Assembly (NCBI GenBank): GCA_963723515.1
Contig: CAVRQT010000003.1
Span: 32,001 to 96,000 of the forward strand
DNA length: 64,000 nucleotides
From: Vulcanimicrobiota bacterium
Lineage (GTDB): Bacteria; Vulcanimicrobiota; Vulcanimicrobiia; Vulcanimicrobiales; Vulcanimicrobiaceae
Direction: 5' to 3'
In this document: piece after piece, positions 1 to 10,842 of the stretch
Position numbering within the stretch: the first letter of the stretch is position 1
How the letters are laid out: each line of letters opens with the position of its first letter
Translations under genes and position numbers: made by a program
The notes under the pieces: model-generated
The model's input: only the letters and a program-made list of their open reading frames with translations
The model's database searches: none
Told to the model about the DNA's origin: nothing

Positions 1-994
1 CATCCGGCTCGTGCGCGAAGCGCAGATCTGTATCGTTGCGCCGGCGACCGCAAATCTGATCGCAAAGCTCGCAATGGGCATTGCCGATGATTTGCTGACG
101 ACGGCGCTTTGCGCGGCGCGCATTCCAATTATCGTCGCGCCCTCGATGAACGCTGCGATGTACGAGCACCCGCAGACTTCAGCCAACATCGAGCTCTTGC
201 GCGAGCGCGGCGCCGAGGTTGTCGAACCGGAACGCGGCTTCTTGGCCGAACGTGAGGTCGGCATCGGCCGGCTGGCGAGTGACGAGCAACTACTGGAAGC
301 GCTTCGGCGCACGCTCCTGCGCGGCGAGGATCTGAAAGGCAAGCAGGTGCTCATCACCGCTGGACCGACCGTTGAAGCGCTCGATCCGGTCCGGCACTTT
401 TCGAATCCGTCGACCGGAGCAATGGGGATTGCGCTGGCGCGTGAGGCGGCGCTGCGCGGCGCAGATGTGACGCTGATCCTGGGCCCGACGGCGCTTGGCG
501 CACCTGCGAACGTTCGAACGGTGCACGTCAAGGAAGCGCGTGAAATGTACGAGGCTGCTATGCAGCACGCATCCTCCGCCGATTTGATCGTCGCGGCCGC
601 GGCCATTTCAGACTGGCGTCCGGCACAGCGATTCGAGCAGAAAGTTCGCAAAGATTCAGAAGATCTGACGGTTCGCATGGTACGCAATCCCGACGTGCTT
701 CAGGCCATCGGCGAGCGCAACGAGCGTGCCTTTCTCGTCGGCTTCGCCGCCGAGACGCACGCGCATCGCGAACACGCGCTCGAAAAGCTCCGCAAGAAAA
801 ATCTGGATGCAATTGCCGTCAACGATGTCGCGGACGAGCGCGGCTTTGGCGTGCAAGAAAGCGCCCTGACGCTGATTTGGCGAGATGGAACGCAAACGGA
901 CTTGGGCTCCGGTTCAAAGCAATCGCTTGCGGTGCGCATGCTCGATGCTCTGGGAGCAGGTCGGAAAAAGGTACGCGATGCTGCTCGCCATTGA
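1..994 (+). CDS. coaBC: Bifunctional phosphopantothenoylcysteine decarboxylase/synthase (5' truncated by window)
   Basis: APATANLIAKLAMGIADDLLT, PSMNAAMY, LITAGPTVEALDPVR, LVGFAAET motifs. Confidence 0.96.
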   Translation, partial: IRLVREAQICIVAPATANLIAKLAMGIADDLLTTALCAARIPIIVAPSMNAAMYEHPQTSANIELLRERGAEVVEPERGFLAEREVGIGRLASDEQLLEALRRTLLRGEDLKGKQVLITAGPTVEALDPVRHFSNPSTGAMGIALAREAALRGADVTLILGPTALGAPANVRTVHVKEAREMYEAAMQHASSADLIVAAAAISDWRPAQRFEQKVRKDSEDLTVRMVRNPDVLQAIGERNERAFLVGFAAETHAHREHALEKLRKKNLDAIAVNDVADERGFGVQESALTLIWRDGTQTDLGSGSKQSLAVRMLDALGAGRKKVRDAARH

Positions 995-1775
995 CGCCGG
1001 TAACACCGAAACAAAGCTCGGCCTCTTTGCCGGCGACAAACGCGAGCTCTCGCAAATGTGGCGGGTCACGACGGAAGACCGCCGTACGGCCGATGAATTC
1101 GGCGTCTTTCTGACGCAGCTATTCGATACGCAACATCTGACGGGGAGCGATGTTGACGATGTCGTCATTGCAAGCGTCGTGCCGAAGCTCGACCCCGTTA
1201 TGTCGGATGCCTGCGAACGGTTTTTCGACGCGACGCCTTCGTTTCTGAAAGCGGAAGCTCAGACGTTGATGGATGTGCAAACGGAGCGTCCTGCGGAAGT
1301 GGGCGCGGATTTGGTCGCGGCCGCAATCGGCGCACGCGAACAGTACGGGCAACCGCTGATCGTCATTGCATTCGGAACCGCAACCGCGTTTGTCGCCGTG
1401 TCTGCCGAGGGCGCATACCTCGGCACCGCAATAGCGCCCGGCGTCGGTATCTCGGTGGATGCGCTCGTCGGCCGCGCTGCCAAATTGCCGCAGATCGCGC
1501 TCGACGCCCCGCCGCGCGCGATTGGCCGCGAGACGGTCACTTCGTTGCAATCCGGCATCATCTTCGGATTTGTCGGGCAAGTGGAAGCGCTGATCGATCG
1601 CATTCGCTCGGAAATCGGCGGAAGCCCACGCGTGATCGCGACGGGCGGACACGCCGACGTCATCGCGCGTCATACCAAGAAGATCGAGCTTACCGATGCG
1701 CACTTGAGTTTGATCGGCCTGCAACGCTTTCACACTTCGATCCGCTCAGCGCGAGGTCAGAGCCGCAAGCGATGA
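978..1775 (+). CDS. coaX: Type III pantothenate kinase
   Basis: MLLAIDAGNT N-terminus at ATG 978, ASVVP, GADLVA, FGTAT, IATGG; overlaps end of coaBC. Confidence 0.95.
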   Translation: MLLAIDAGNTETKLGLFAGDKRELSQMWRVTTEDRRTADEFGVFLTQLFDTQHLTGSDVDDVVIASVVPKLDPVMSDACERFFDATPSFLKAEAQTLMDVQTERPAEVGADLVAAAIGAREQYGQPLIVIAFGTATAFVAVSAEGAYLGTAIAPGVGISVDALVGRAAKLPQIALDAPPRAIGRETVTSLQSGIIFGFVGQVEALIDRIRSEIGGSPRVIATGGHADVIARHTKKIELTDAHLSLIGLQRFHTSIRSARGQSRKR

Positions 1776-2113
1776 AAACGGAGAGCACTGCTAAGCTCGT
1801 GCGCATCTTTCTCGGCGAGTCGGATCGTTGGAAAGGCCAGCCGCTCTACGTCGCCATTGTTGAAGAGATGCGGCGCTTCGGTTTGAGCGGCGCGACGGCG
1901 TTCAAGGGTGTTATAGGATTCGGCGGACATTCGGTCGTTCACGCGGCGCGCATCTTAGATCTGTCGACGGATTTGCCGATTCTCATCGAAGTGGTTGATA
2001 CGGAGGAGAAGATCGACGCGTTCTTGCCGACGCTCGACGCGATGGTAACCGAAGGGCTTTTGACAATCGAAAACGTCAAAATCATCGCGTATCGCGCCGG
2101 TGTTCCAAAATGA
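1772..2113 (+). CDS. DUF190 (PII-like) protein, usual CrcB partner
   Basis: LVRIFLGESDRWKGQPLY...GATAFKGVIGFG...DLPILIEVVD; adjacent to crcB. Confidence 0.9.
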   Translation: MKTESTAKLVRIFLGESDRWKGQPLYVAIVEEMRRFGLSGATAFKGVIGFGGHSVVHAARILDLSTDLPILIEVVDTEEKIDAFLPTLDAMVTEGLLTIENVKIIAYRAGVPK

Positions 2114-2505
2114 CCGGCTGGCCGATCATTCTCGCGATTGGCATCGGCGGCGGCCTCGGTTCAATACTGCGGTACGCCGTGAGTTTGCTGGTCTTTGAAC
2201 GCAGCGGTGCTGGGTTTCCGTGGAACACGCTGATTGTGAACGTTTCCGGCTCCTTCGTCATCGGCATCATCATGCAGCTCGCCCAGACGAAGACCGATTT
2301 CTCGCCGTTGCTGCGCGCGTTCATCGCCATCGGAATTCTTGGCGGGTATACGACATTTTCGACCTTCAGCTATGATGCGTTTGTGCTGGCATCGGAAGGA
2401 AGCCGCGCCGCTGCATTGTTGTACGCGGCGGGAAGCGTCGTCTTTGGGATCGGAGCGGCGTTTGCCGGGATTGCGCTGACGCGGATGGCGCTGCATGCTG
2501 TCTAA
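2110..2505 (+). CDS. crcB: Fluoride efflux channel Fluc/CrcB
   Basis: GGGLGSILRY, FPWNTLIVNVSGSF, GILGGYTTFSTF motifs. Confidence 0.96.
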   Translation: MTGWPIILAIGIGGGLGSILRYAVSLLVFERSGAGFPWNTLIVNVSGSFVIGIIMQLAQTKTDFSPLLRAFIAIGILGGYTTFSTFSYDAFVLASEGSRAAALLYAAGSVVFGIGAAFAGIALTRMALHAV

Positions 2506-2520
2506 AGCAGGCGTGGTATA

Positions 2521-3537
2521 ATGTCTGCCGCTATGTCGCCGGCCGTCTCGCCGCTCGTCATCGGCCCGCACCGTATTTGGCCGCCCGTTATCTTGGCGCC
2601 AATGTCCGGTGTGACAAATCGTACGATGCGCGCACTCTACAGACCGTTTGGTCTTGGTCTGACCGTGACCGAATTCGTCTCGTCGTGCGCATTGCAATAC
2701 GGCAACCGCCGCACGATGGAGATGATCGATCAGCACGGTCTGGAGAAGCCCGTTTCGACCCAGCTCTGGGGCGACGATCCGGCCGTGATGGCGCATGCGG
2801 CCAAAGTGGTGCGCGAGTGCGGCGCCGACATCGTCGACATCAACTTCGGCTGTCCGGCACCCAAAGTGACGAAGACCCAGGGCGGAAGCGCCTGCCTCAA
2901 AGATGTCGACCGGTGCGAGGCCATCATGCGCGCCGTTGTCGACGCGGTCGATTGCCCGGTGACGATGAAGATGCGTCTTGGCTGGAGCGAAGAGCAGCTC
3001 GTCTATATTGAGGTTGCAAAACGCGCGCAGCAGAGCGGCGTGAAAGCGGTTACGCTGCACGCCCGCACGGCACGCCAATTTTATAAGGGCAGCGCCGATT
3101 GGGAGCACATCGCGCGGTTGAAGCGCGCCGTCGACATTCCGGTGATCGGCAACGGCGATCTCGACGATCCCTATCTCGCAGTCGAGCGAATGCGGCAGAG
3201 CGGCGTCGATGGCATCATGCTGGGCCGGGCGACACTCGGCAATCCATGGTTGATCTCGCAGATCGTCGACCTGCTTGAAGGGCGCGATGCGCGCGCGGTG
3301 CCGTCGCACGCTGATCGGCTCGCGTACGCGACGGTCCACTATCGAGCGATGGTCGATGAATGGGGGGAGCCACGCGCAGTGCTGCAGATGCGCAAGCATC
3401 TGGCGCTCTATCTTAAAGGAATTCCGAATGCGGCGGTGCTGCGCGAGCGGATCATGCGGATCGGCGGCGCAGCCGAAGCGCTGGCATTACTGAACGCAAC
3501 GATCGAAGCGCTGCGCTGCGAGCCGCTCGCGGCGTGA
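2521..3537 (+). CDS. dusB: tRNA-dihydrouridine synthase (DusB/NifR3 type)
   Basis: LAPMSGVT, DINFGCP, LHART, IGNGD, GIMLGRATLGNPW; true start may be ATG 2533. Confidence 0.93.
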   Translation: MSAAMSPAVSPLVIGPHRIWPPVILAPMSGVTNRTMRALYRPFGLGLTVTEFVSSCALQYGNRRTMEMIDQHGLEKPVSTQLWGDDPAVMAHAAKVVRECGADIVDINFGCPAPKVTKTQGGSACLKDVDRCEAIMRAVVDAVDCPVTMKMRLGWSEEQLVYIEVAKRAQQSGVKAVTLHARTARQFYKGSADWEHIARLKRAVDIPVIGNGDLDDPYLAVERMRQSGVDGIMLGRATLGNPWLISQIVDLLEGRDARAVPSHADRLAYATVHYRAMVDEWGEPRAVLQMRKHLALYLKGIPNAAVLRERIMRIGGAAEALALLNATIEALRCEPLAA

Positions 3538-4810
3538 TTTCACACGACGTCGCGGCGAAGTCCGCAGACGACCTGTACGCGGAAGTGTACGAGGACTACC
3601 GGCGCTACGTGAATCCGCCGCTGGCGCGCGTGATGAAAGTCTCCGGATCGCCGGTTGAAGTTCGTGCCCAAGGAGCGACGATCTACGACCACAAGGGCAA
3701 AGCGTATTTGGATTTTGCGGGCGGATACGGTGTTTTCACGCTTGGCCACCGGCATCCGAAAGTCGTCGCCGCGGTTAAGGAGCAACTCGATCTGATGGCG
3801 CTCTCAGGCAAGACGATGTTCAACGCGGTGCTCGGCCGCGCCGCGCGCAAACTCGCCGAGTGCACGCCGGGCGATCTCCGAATTTCGTTCTTCTGCAACA
3901 GCGGTGCCGAAGCGGTCGAAGGCGCGATCAAACTGGCACGGGCGGCCACGAAACGTCACAAAGTCGTCGCAACGCAGAATGCGTTCCATGGCAAGACGCT
4001 TGGGGCGCTCAGCGCGAGCGGGCGCGAATACTTTCAGGAACAGTATCGTCCGCTGCTTGCGGATATCGAACATGTTCCGTACGGTGATCCCTCGGTCTTA
4101 AAAGGAGCGCTGCGTGACGCAGCGGCCTTCGTCGTCGAACCGGTGCAAGGCGAAGGCGGCGTGATCGTTCCGCCTGCCGGCTACTTGCGCGCCGTTCGTG
4201 AAGCATGCGATGCATCCGGGCGCGCTCTTCATCGCGGATGAAGTGCAGACCGGCCTTGGCCGCCTCGGGATGTGGTTCGGATGTGACCGCGACGGCGTGG
4301 TGCCTGACGTCATGACACTCGCGAAGGGACTCTCGGGCGGCGTCATGCCGGTTGGCGCCTACATCGCCCGTCTCGATTGTTGGAACGCCGCCTACGCCAA
4401 AGCGCCGCTCATGCATACTTCAACATTCGGCGGAAGCGAAATTGCATGCGCCGCCGTCATCGCCGCGCTCGAGGTATTGGAAGAAGACGGTCTTGTTGAA
4501 AATGCGCGACGAGCGCGGCACGCAGCTGCTTGCCGGGGCGCAAGAGCTTGCAGCAGAGTTTCCTGCCGTTGTCGGCGATGTCCGCGGTGTTGGTCTGCTG
4601 GTCGGCGTCGAATTGACGAATGAAGGGTACGGCGGCTGGATCATTCCGGAGATGCTCAAAGCCGGTGTGACGGCGGCATGGACGCTGAACCTGCAGCGCG
4701 TCATTCGGCTGGAACCGCCGCTGATCGTCACATCAAGGGAGGTGGAATGCGCGCTGGCGGCATTGCGCACCGGTCTGCAAACGGCTTATATGAAATTCGG
4801 CGCGCTCTAA
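3534..4810 (+). CDS. Class III PLP aminotransferase (PatA/ornithine aminotransferase-like); apparent frameshifts near 4220 and 4510
   Basis: YLDFAGGYG, FFCNSGAEAVE, AFHGKT, EPVQGEGG, ADEVQTGLGR, LAKGLSGG, HTSTFGG, IRLEPPL spread over three consecutive frames. Confidence 0.9.
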
Positions 4811-4823
4811 AGTCGCCTGCTCG

Positions 4824-5270
4824 ATGCCGTACGTTGAAACGTCGATTGAAGTCGCGGCTGCCGCCAACGCCGTGTACGAGCTTGCTAAGGAGCAAGAACG
4901 ATTTCCCGAGTTCATGCCGGACGTCGAATCGGTCGAAGTACTCGAGCGGCATCCGGATCGGGTCATCACGCGTTGGAAGACTCTGGTCGAGGAAGCGCCG
5001 ATCGAGTGGACAGAAGAAGATCGCTTCGACGATGAAGCTCCGCGAATCGACTACAAACTGCTCGAAGGCGATCTCGACAAGTTCGAGGGTTCATGGACCT
5101 TCGCGGAGCGCGACGGCAAGACACACGTGGTGCTTGGCGTCGATTATGATTTCGGCGTTCCGACGCTCGCCGAGTTGATCGGTCCCACGCTACAGCGCAA
5201 AGTGCAAGAAAATAGCGAGATGATGCTCCGCGCACTCAAGGATGAGGCCGAGAAGAATAATGGCGTATGA
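4824..5270 (+). CDS. SRPBCC/START-fold (polyketide cyclase/Coq10-like) lipid-binding protein
   Basis: VYELAKEQERFPEFMPDVESVEVLE...IDYKLLEGDLDKFEGSWTF pattern. Confidence 0.88.
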   Translation: MPYVETSIEVAAAANAVYELAKEQERFPEFMPDVESVEVLERHPDRVITRWKTLVEEAPIEWTEEDRFDDEAPRIDYKLLEGDLDKFEGSWTFAERDGKTHVVLGVDYDFGVPTLAELIGPTLQRKVQENSEMMLRALKDEAEKNNGV

Positions 5271-5300
5271 TTGTGCCAGTGTGATACTGTGCTCAACACC

Positions 5301-6426
5301 ATGACGGTCAACACGAGCAAATTTTGTTTTGTGATTCATCCGCTTTCGCTCGAAGACGTGGAACGGTATGAACCTGGGGCCAAGGGCAAAGGGACGCCGA
5401 TCATCCGCAAGATCCTCGAGTGGATGCCGGCGTATGCCGCGGTGCACGTGACCGGCGTGCGAACGCCCGACGGACGGGAAACGGAAGGATGGTTCGTGGC
5501 CGCTCCGCTGATGCCGGAGCAGATGTTGGATTTTCCACGTGAAGAGGTCTACGACCGAATCGTTCGCGCGATCAAAGTCGGTGCCGAGCTCGGCGCCAAC
5601 GTTGCCGGGTTGGGCGCGTTCACGGGGGTCGTGGGCGACGCCGGCATCACGATCAACGAGCGATCGCCGATTCCGGTAACGACCGGCAACTCGCTGACGA
5701 TCGCTGCGGGACTGCGCTCGCTCTTTCGCGGTGCGCAAGAGATGAGCATCAACGCAAAGGAGGCGACTGCAGTCGTCGTCGGCGCGACCGGTTCTATCGG
5801 CTCCGCATGCGTCCGTTTGATTGCGCCGCAAGTTAAGCGGGTCATCATGGTGGCGAGAAATGCAACGCGGCTACGCAAATTCTATGAATCGATCAAGGAT
5901 CAACTGCCGTGCGAATCATCGTATTCAGTCGACTTATCGGCGTCGGTACGCCAAGCGCAGCTGATCCTGACCGCGACCAGCTCAACCCAAGACGTCATCG
6001 AGCCCTAGCGATTTGCAAACCGGTGCCGTTGTCTGCGAATTATCGCTGCCGCACGATGTGAGCCGGCGCGTTGCGGAAGAGCGTCCCGACGTACTCGTCA
6101 TCGAGGGCGGCAACATGATGGTTCCCGGCAATCCGCGATTCCAACGTGTGCGCGAGCCCGGGACCGAATTCGACTTGAATCTGCCGCCGAGAACTGCATT
6201 GGCGTGCATGTCTGAAACGATGGTTTTGGCGCTCGAAAATCGGTGCGAGCCGTTCACGCTGGGACGCGGCATCGACGTGAACCGCGTGATCGAGATCGAC
6301 CGCATGGCGGTAGAGTGCGGCTTCACGTTGGCTGATATGCGCGCATTCGATGCGGCGATCACGCCGGAGATGCTCGAGCAGACGCGCAACGCGGCTGCGG
6401 CTCGCAAAGCACAGGTGCCGGCGTGA
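5301..6426 (+). CDS. Acyl-ACP reductase-like / COG5322 NAD(P)-dependent dehydrogenase (often labelled 'shikimate dehydrogenase'); frameshift near 6005
   Basis: FCFVIHP start, GLGAFTGVVG, VTTGNSLT, VVGATGSIGS Rossmann motif, ACMSET with likely catalytic Cys; two ORFs 5271-6008 and 6013-6426 join with one base removed. Confidence 0.8.
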
Positions 6427-6472
6427 ACGTTTGGGGGCCCGCCCGCGCAGCTTTGAGCGCAGCGCCTTCCAG

Positions 6473-7394
6473 ATGAAAAAAGTTGTTTCCGTTTCGCTCG
6501 GCTCGAAGTCACGCGACCACCGTGCGGAAGTCGAACTGCTCGGCGAGCGCTTTGACATTTCACGCGTCGGCACCGACGGCAAGCTCGAAGTCGCGATCGA
6601 GACCCTGCACGAGCTTGACGGTCATGTGGACGCGATCGGTCTTGGCGGGATCGATGTCTATTTGTACGCTGGAAGCAGGCGGTACGCGTTGCGGGATGGA
6701 TTACGGCTGCTTCAAGCCGCCAAGCAGACGCCGGTCGTCGACGGCAGCGGTTTGAAGAACACGCTGGAACGCGAAGCCGTCGCCTTCTTGCAGAGCGATC
6801 TCGGCGTCGATCTGCGGGGACGCAAAGTGCTGATGGTCAGCGCGCTCGACCGCTTTGGAATGGCGCAAGCGCTGGTTGATGCTGGCGCCGACGTCTTATT
6901 CGGCGACTTCATCTTCGCTCTCGATCTCGACAAGCCGGTTCGCGGGCTCGCCGACTTTGAAGCGTTAGCCGAACGCTATCTGCCCGATGCCTGCAAGTTG
7001 CCGTTTCAGTTTTTCTATCCGACCGGCGCAAAACAAGACCGGCCGCCGCAACCGAAATATCCGCAATACTATGAAGAAGCAGACATCATCGCCGGCGACT
7101 TCCATTTCATGCGACAGTTCATGCCGGCTCGGCTCGAAGGCAAACTCGTTCTGACGAACACCGTGACGCAAATCGGATGTTGAAGAATTGCGTGAACGCG
7201 GCGTTCGCACGCTCGTGACGACCACCCCGGATTTTGCGGGGCGCTCTTTCGGCACGAATGTCATCGAAGCAGCGCTGCTCGCGCTGCTTGGCAAGAAGTG
7301 GGAAGAGGTGACGGCGGACGATTACGAGCGCCTGCTGCGCGAGCTCGATTTGCGTCCGCGCGTCGTCCCATTAGCGGCTCCTTCGACAAGCTAA
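6473..7394 (+). CDS. Conserved protein of the family usually labelled 'quinate 5-dehydrogenase' (function unverified); frameshift near 7170
   Basis: MKKVVSVSLGS..RDH, RVGTDG, AIGLGGID, PVVDGSGLKNTLER, RFGMA, GRSFGTNVIEA. Confidence 0.75.
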
Positions 7395-7404
7395 AAGGAC
7401 AGGC
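7380..7404 (-). repeat. Degenerate copy of REP-like repeat (GCCTGTCC...AGCTTGTCGAAGG on - strand)
   Basis: ccttcgacaagctaaaaggacaggc resembles the inner copies at 29427 and 52889. Confidence 0.55.
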
Positions 7405-7449
7405 ACAATAGCTGAGAGGCTGCTGGTCCCTGGGCGGCATCTGCCGCGC

Positions 7450-8841
7450 GTGCTCGGATTTTTCGATGTCTCGGTACTCTCGTCGGCGTCGATGGGGCCT
7501 GCCTACAGTCTCGCATCGACGATGGGGCCGATGGTCGCTGCCGCCGGGTTTTTTGCGCCACGGCGTTGCTCGCCCTCGTTGCGATCATGCTCTGCATCGC
7601 GGTTGGCTTCTCACGTCTTTCGCTTCATTATCCGAACGCCGGCTCATCATACTCGTGGATCGAGATGGCGTTCGGCGCGGCTCGGTTCGTACGGCGCTTG
7701 GCTCTTGCTGCTTTCCAATTTTTTCGCCACGATGGCGATGTTCGATTCCCGCGGGAATCTATACGCTCGATCTCTGAATCCAGGCCGCGCGCAGAGTCCG
7801 CTATGGGATGCGGCAGTCGGCGGCGTATGGATTCTCGGAAGCGCGATTTTGCTTTATGCCGGCGTGCGTCCGACGGTCCTCGTCACGGCCGCGCTCCTGA
7901 TGTTCGAGTTGCTCGTGTTAGCCGCGAGCGCGGTTGCCGCTGCGCTCCATCCAAGCGCGGCAGTCGCACGTCCCGCAGCCGATTTCTTCGGCGCCGATCG
8001 CGCTGACCGCGTTCGGCTTCCTGAGCGCGATGACGCTCGGGATTTGGATGAGCGACGGCTGGGAAGTCTCGGCGTCCACATCCGAAGAGGTCCGCGGTCA
8101 GCAGTCGCAATCCGGCCGCGGCGGCATAACGGGATTGGTCGTGACGAGCATCATCTTGCTCGGATGCATGGTCGCCTATCTGCATATCGGCGGCGCCGCC
8201 GGTTTCAGCGAGCATGCCGACGATTCGATGGCCTACGTCGCGACACGCTTGGCTGGAAACTTCTGGCGCATGATCATCATCGTGACGGTGTTGGTCTCAA
8301 CGTGCACCGCGCTGTGGACGACGCTGCTCTATCTCTCGCGCAGCGTCTTCGCCATGGGCCGCAACGCCACGCTGCCGCATTTCTTTGGAACGCTGGATCG
8401 GCGTTCCGAGCCGTTTTGGTCGCTGCTGCGGCATCGCCGTGCTCGTAACGGTGTGCGAGCTGCTGGTCGGACTTTCGCCGACCGCGAATCGGGCGTTGAC
8501 GCTCGTCTTGAACGCGTCGTCCGTTTTCTTAGGACTACTGTTTTGCGGGAGTGCCGCAGCCAGCATGCGGCTGTTTTGGCGGCAGCGCACCGAGCGGCTC
8601 GCCGGCGTCATCGTGCCCGGTCGTTGGTCTTGTGGCGCTGTGCATCGTGCTGGGAGCGACGATCCGTTTCGAGGATCCGACCTTGCGCATGTACGCGATC
8701 GGCGGTATCTTGCTCGGCATTCCATTCGCATTGCTCGTGCGCAACGGCGAGCCGGCAGGCAGCGCCGCTGGGTATACGGAACCAACCGCCCTTGGCGCCT
8801 TAGAGGCGCCATTACTTGTGGATAGCCGAGGTTCTATTTGA
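7450..8841 (+). CDS. APC-family amino acid/polyamine permease; several frameshifts
   Basis: SSASMGPAYSLASTMG, YPNAGSSYSW, GWEVSASTSEE, YLSRSVFAMGR motifs in successive frames; hydrophobic throughout. Confidence 0.82.
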
Positions 8842-9348
8842 ACGAGAAAGAGATCGTCTTGACCGCCGATGGTCTGACGAAGCTCGAGCAGGAGCTCGAC
8901 GAGCTGAAAACCGTCCACCGCAGAGAGGTCAACGACCGGATCCGGCAAGCCAAAGAGTTCGGCGACATTACCGAAAATGCGGAGTACGAGAACGCGAAAC
9001 AGGAGCAGGCGTTCGTCGAGGGCCGCATCATGAGGCTCGAGCAGATGATTCGCAACGCGCACATCATCGACGAGTCGGAGTACTCCTCGAGCGAAGTGCA
9101 TCTCGGTTCGACCGTCAAGGTGAGGGATCGTCGCAGGCGGCGAAGCCCGCGAATTCACGATCGTCGGCTCGGCCGAATCCGATCCGCCGAATCGCCGGCT
9201 TTCGAATGAATCGCCACTCGGGCGCGCGTTGCTCGGCCGAAAGAAAGGCGAGACCGTTGACGTCAATACGCCCCGCGGCATCAGCCAATACAAGATTGAA
9301 ACGATCCGCACGCGCGTTCCAAAGAAGGCTGCAAAGAAGGCCTCCTAA
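8838..9348 (+). CDS. greA: Transcription elongation factor GreA; frameshift near 9135
   Basis: KEFGDITENAEYENAK, then shifted frame EFTIVGSAESDP..RLSNESPLGRALLG...TPRG ending at TAA 9346-9348. Confidence 0.95.
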
Positions 9349-9378
9349 TCCGTAAGCCACGCTTGCGCGTCTCGCGCG

Positions 9379-10838
9379 ATGCATAAGAGCGAAGCGGCAC
9401 TCATAGCGGCCAGACGCACAAATCTGGCCGCTTTGCGTTCCCGAGGGCGCGATCCGTTCGCGCAGACGCGCTACGACGTCAATGCGCGCGCCGCCGACAT
9501 TCGCGAACGATGGGACGAGGGAACGCGCTACCGGTTAGCGGGCCGCGTCATGTCGAAACGCGGCACCGGCAAGACGCTCTTCGTCGATCTGCACGATCGC
9601 AGCGGCCGCATACAGCTCTACATTCGCAAAGACGAACTCGGCTGACGATCTCTTTGCGGATTGGGAGGATCTCGATCGCGGCGACTTCGTCGGCGTCGAC
9701 GGTTACATGTTTCGCACGCAAGAAGGGCGAGCCGACGTTGCACGTCGAGCGTTTTACCGTTCTCGGCAAAGCCTTCGCGCCGCTGCCGGACAAGTGGCAC
9801 GGTCTCGTCGACATCGAGAAGCGCTACCGCCAACGGTACGTCGACCTGATCGTCAATCCCGAGGTGCGCGACGTCTTCATCGCGCGCAGCCGCATCATCG
9901 GCGAAATCCGCCGCTTCTACGACGACCATGGCTTTCTCGAAGTCGAGACGCCGACGCTCTTGCATCTGGCCGGAGGTGCGGCGGCACGTCCCTTTGAGAC
10001 GCACTGCAAAGCGCTCGATCAGACGATGCAATTGCGGATCGCGACGGAGTTGAATTTGAAGCGTCTGATCGTCGGTGGCCTCGAGCGCGTCTACGAGATC
10101 GGCCACATCTTTCGCAACGAAGGCATCGATCGAACGCACAACCCCGAATTCACGATGCTCGAAGCCTACTGCGCGTACTGGTCGCTCGAAGAAATGCGCG
10201 AATTCGACGAAGCGCTCTACGCGCATCTCGTCTCGTTCGTAACCAACGGCAAGGACGAGCTCGAAGTCGGGGATCAGCGAATCTCCTTCCGCCGGCCGTT
10301 CGCGCGCCTGGCATACTTCGATGCGATGCAGCAGTTTGGTGGCTTGCGCCGAGAGCAGTTGCTCGATCCGCGCGGCGCGGCGAAAATCTTAGAAGACTTA
10401 GGATTATCCGAGTCGCCGTCGCATGGCCACGCGCTCGATAAGATCTTCGAGAAGATCGTCGAGCCGCATCTGGTTGCACCGACATTCGTCACCGATCAGC
10501 CGGCCGTGATCTCGCCGCTGGCAAAACGGCAACCTGCCGATGCGGACCTGGTCGAACGCTACGAGCTCTTCATCAAGAACATGGAGATCTCGAACGCCTT
10601 CTCGGAGTTGAACGATCCCGAAGATCAGCGCGCTCGCTTTGAAGCGCAGGCGCAGCAGCGCGCCGGCGGCGATGAAGAGATTCCCGAGCCGGATTGGGAT
10701 TACGTGCATGCGCTCGAATACGGCATGCCGCCGACGGCGGGCATTGGTATCGGAATCGATCGCCTCGTGATGCTGCTGACGGACAGCGCCTCGATCCGCG
10801 ATGTGATCCTCTTCCCGCTGCAGCGCCAGCACGGGTAA
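9379..10838 (+). CDS. lysS: Lysine--tRNA ligase, class II; frameshifts near 9645 and 9720
   Basis: LPDKWHGL, RYRQRYVDLIVN, LRIATELNLKRLIVGG, FRNEG...HNPEFT, EYGMPPTAGIGIGIDRLVM. Confidence 0.97.
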
Positions 10839-10842
10839 CCAA

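Noticed and set aside
1700..2110. Fluoride riboswitch upstream of crcB
   Set aside because: coaX, DUF190 and crcB overlap, leaving no leader; no motif recognised
2161..3399. 412-aa minus-strand ORF and similar long antisense ORFs (8535-9311, 21223-22119, 51492-52373)
   Set aside because: Shadow frames of well-supported plus-strand genes in GC-rich DNA; no recognisable motifs
8838..10838. Programmed frameshifting or pseudogenisation of greA and lysS
   Set aside because: No slippery-site pattern; many unrelated genes are equally affected, consistent with assembly indels
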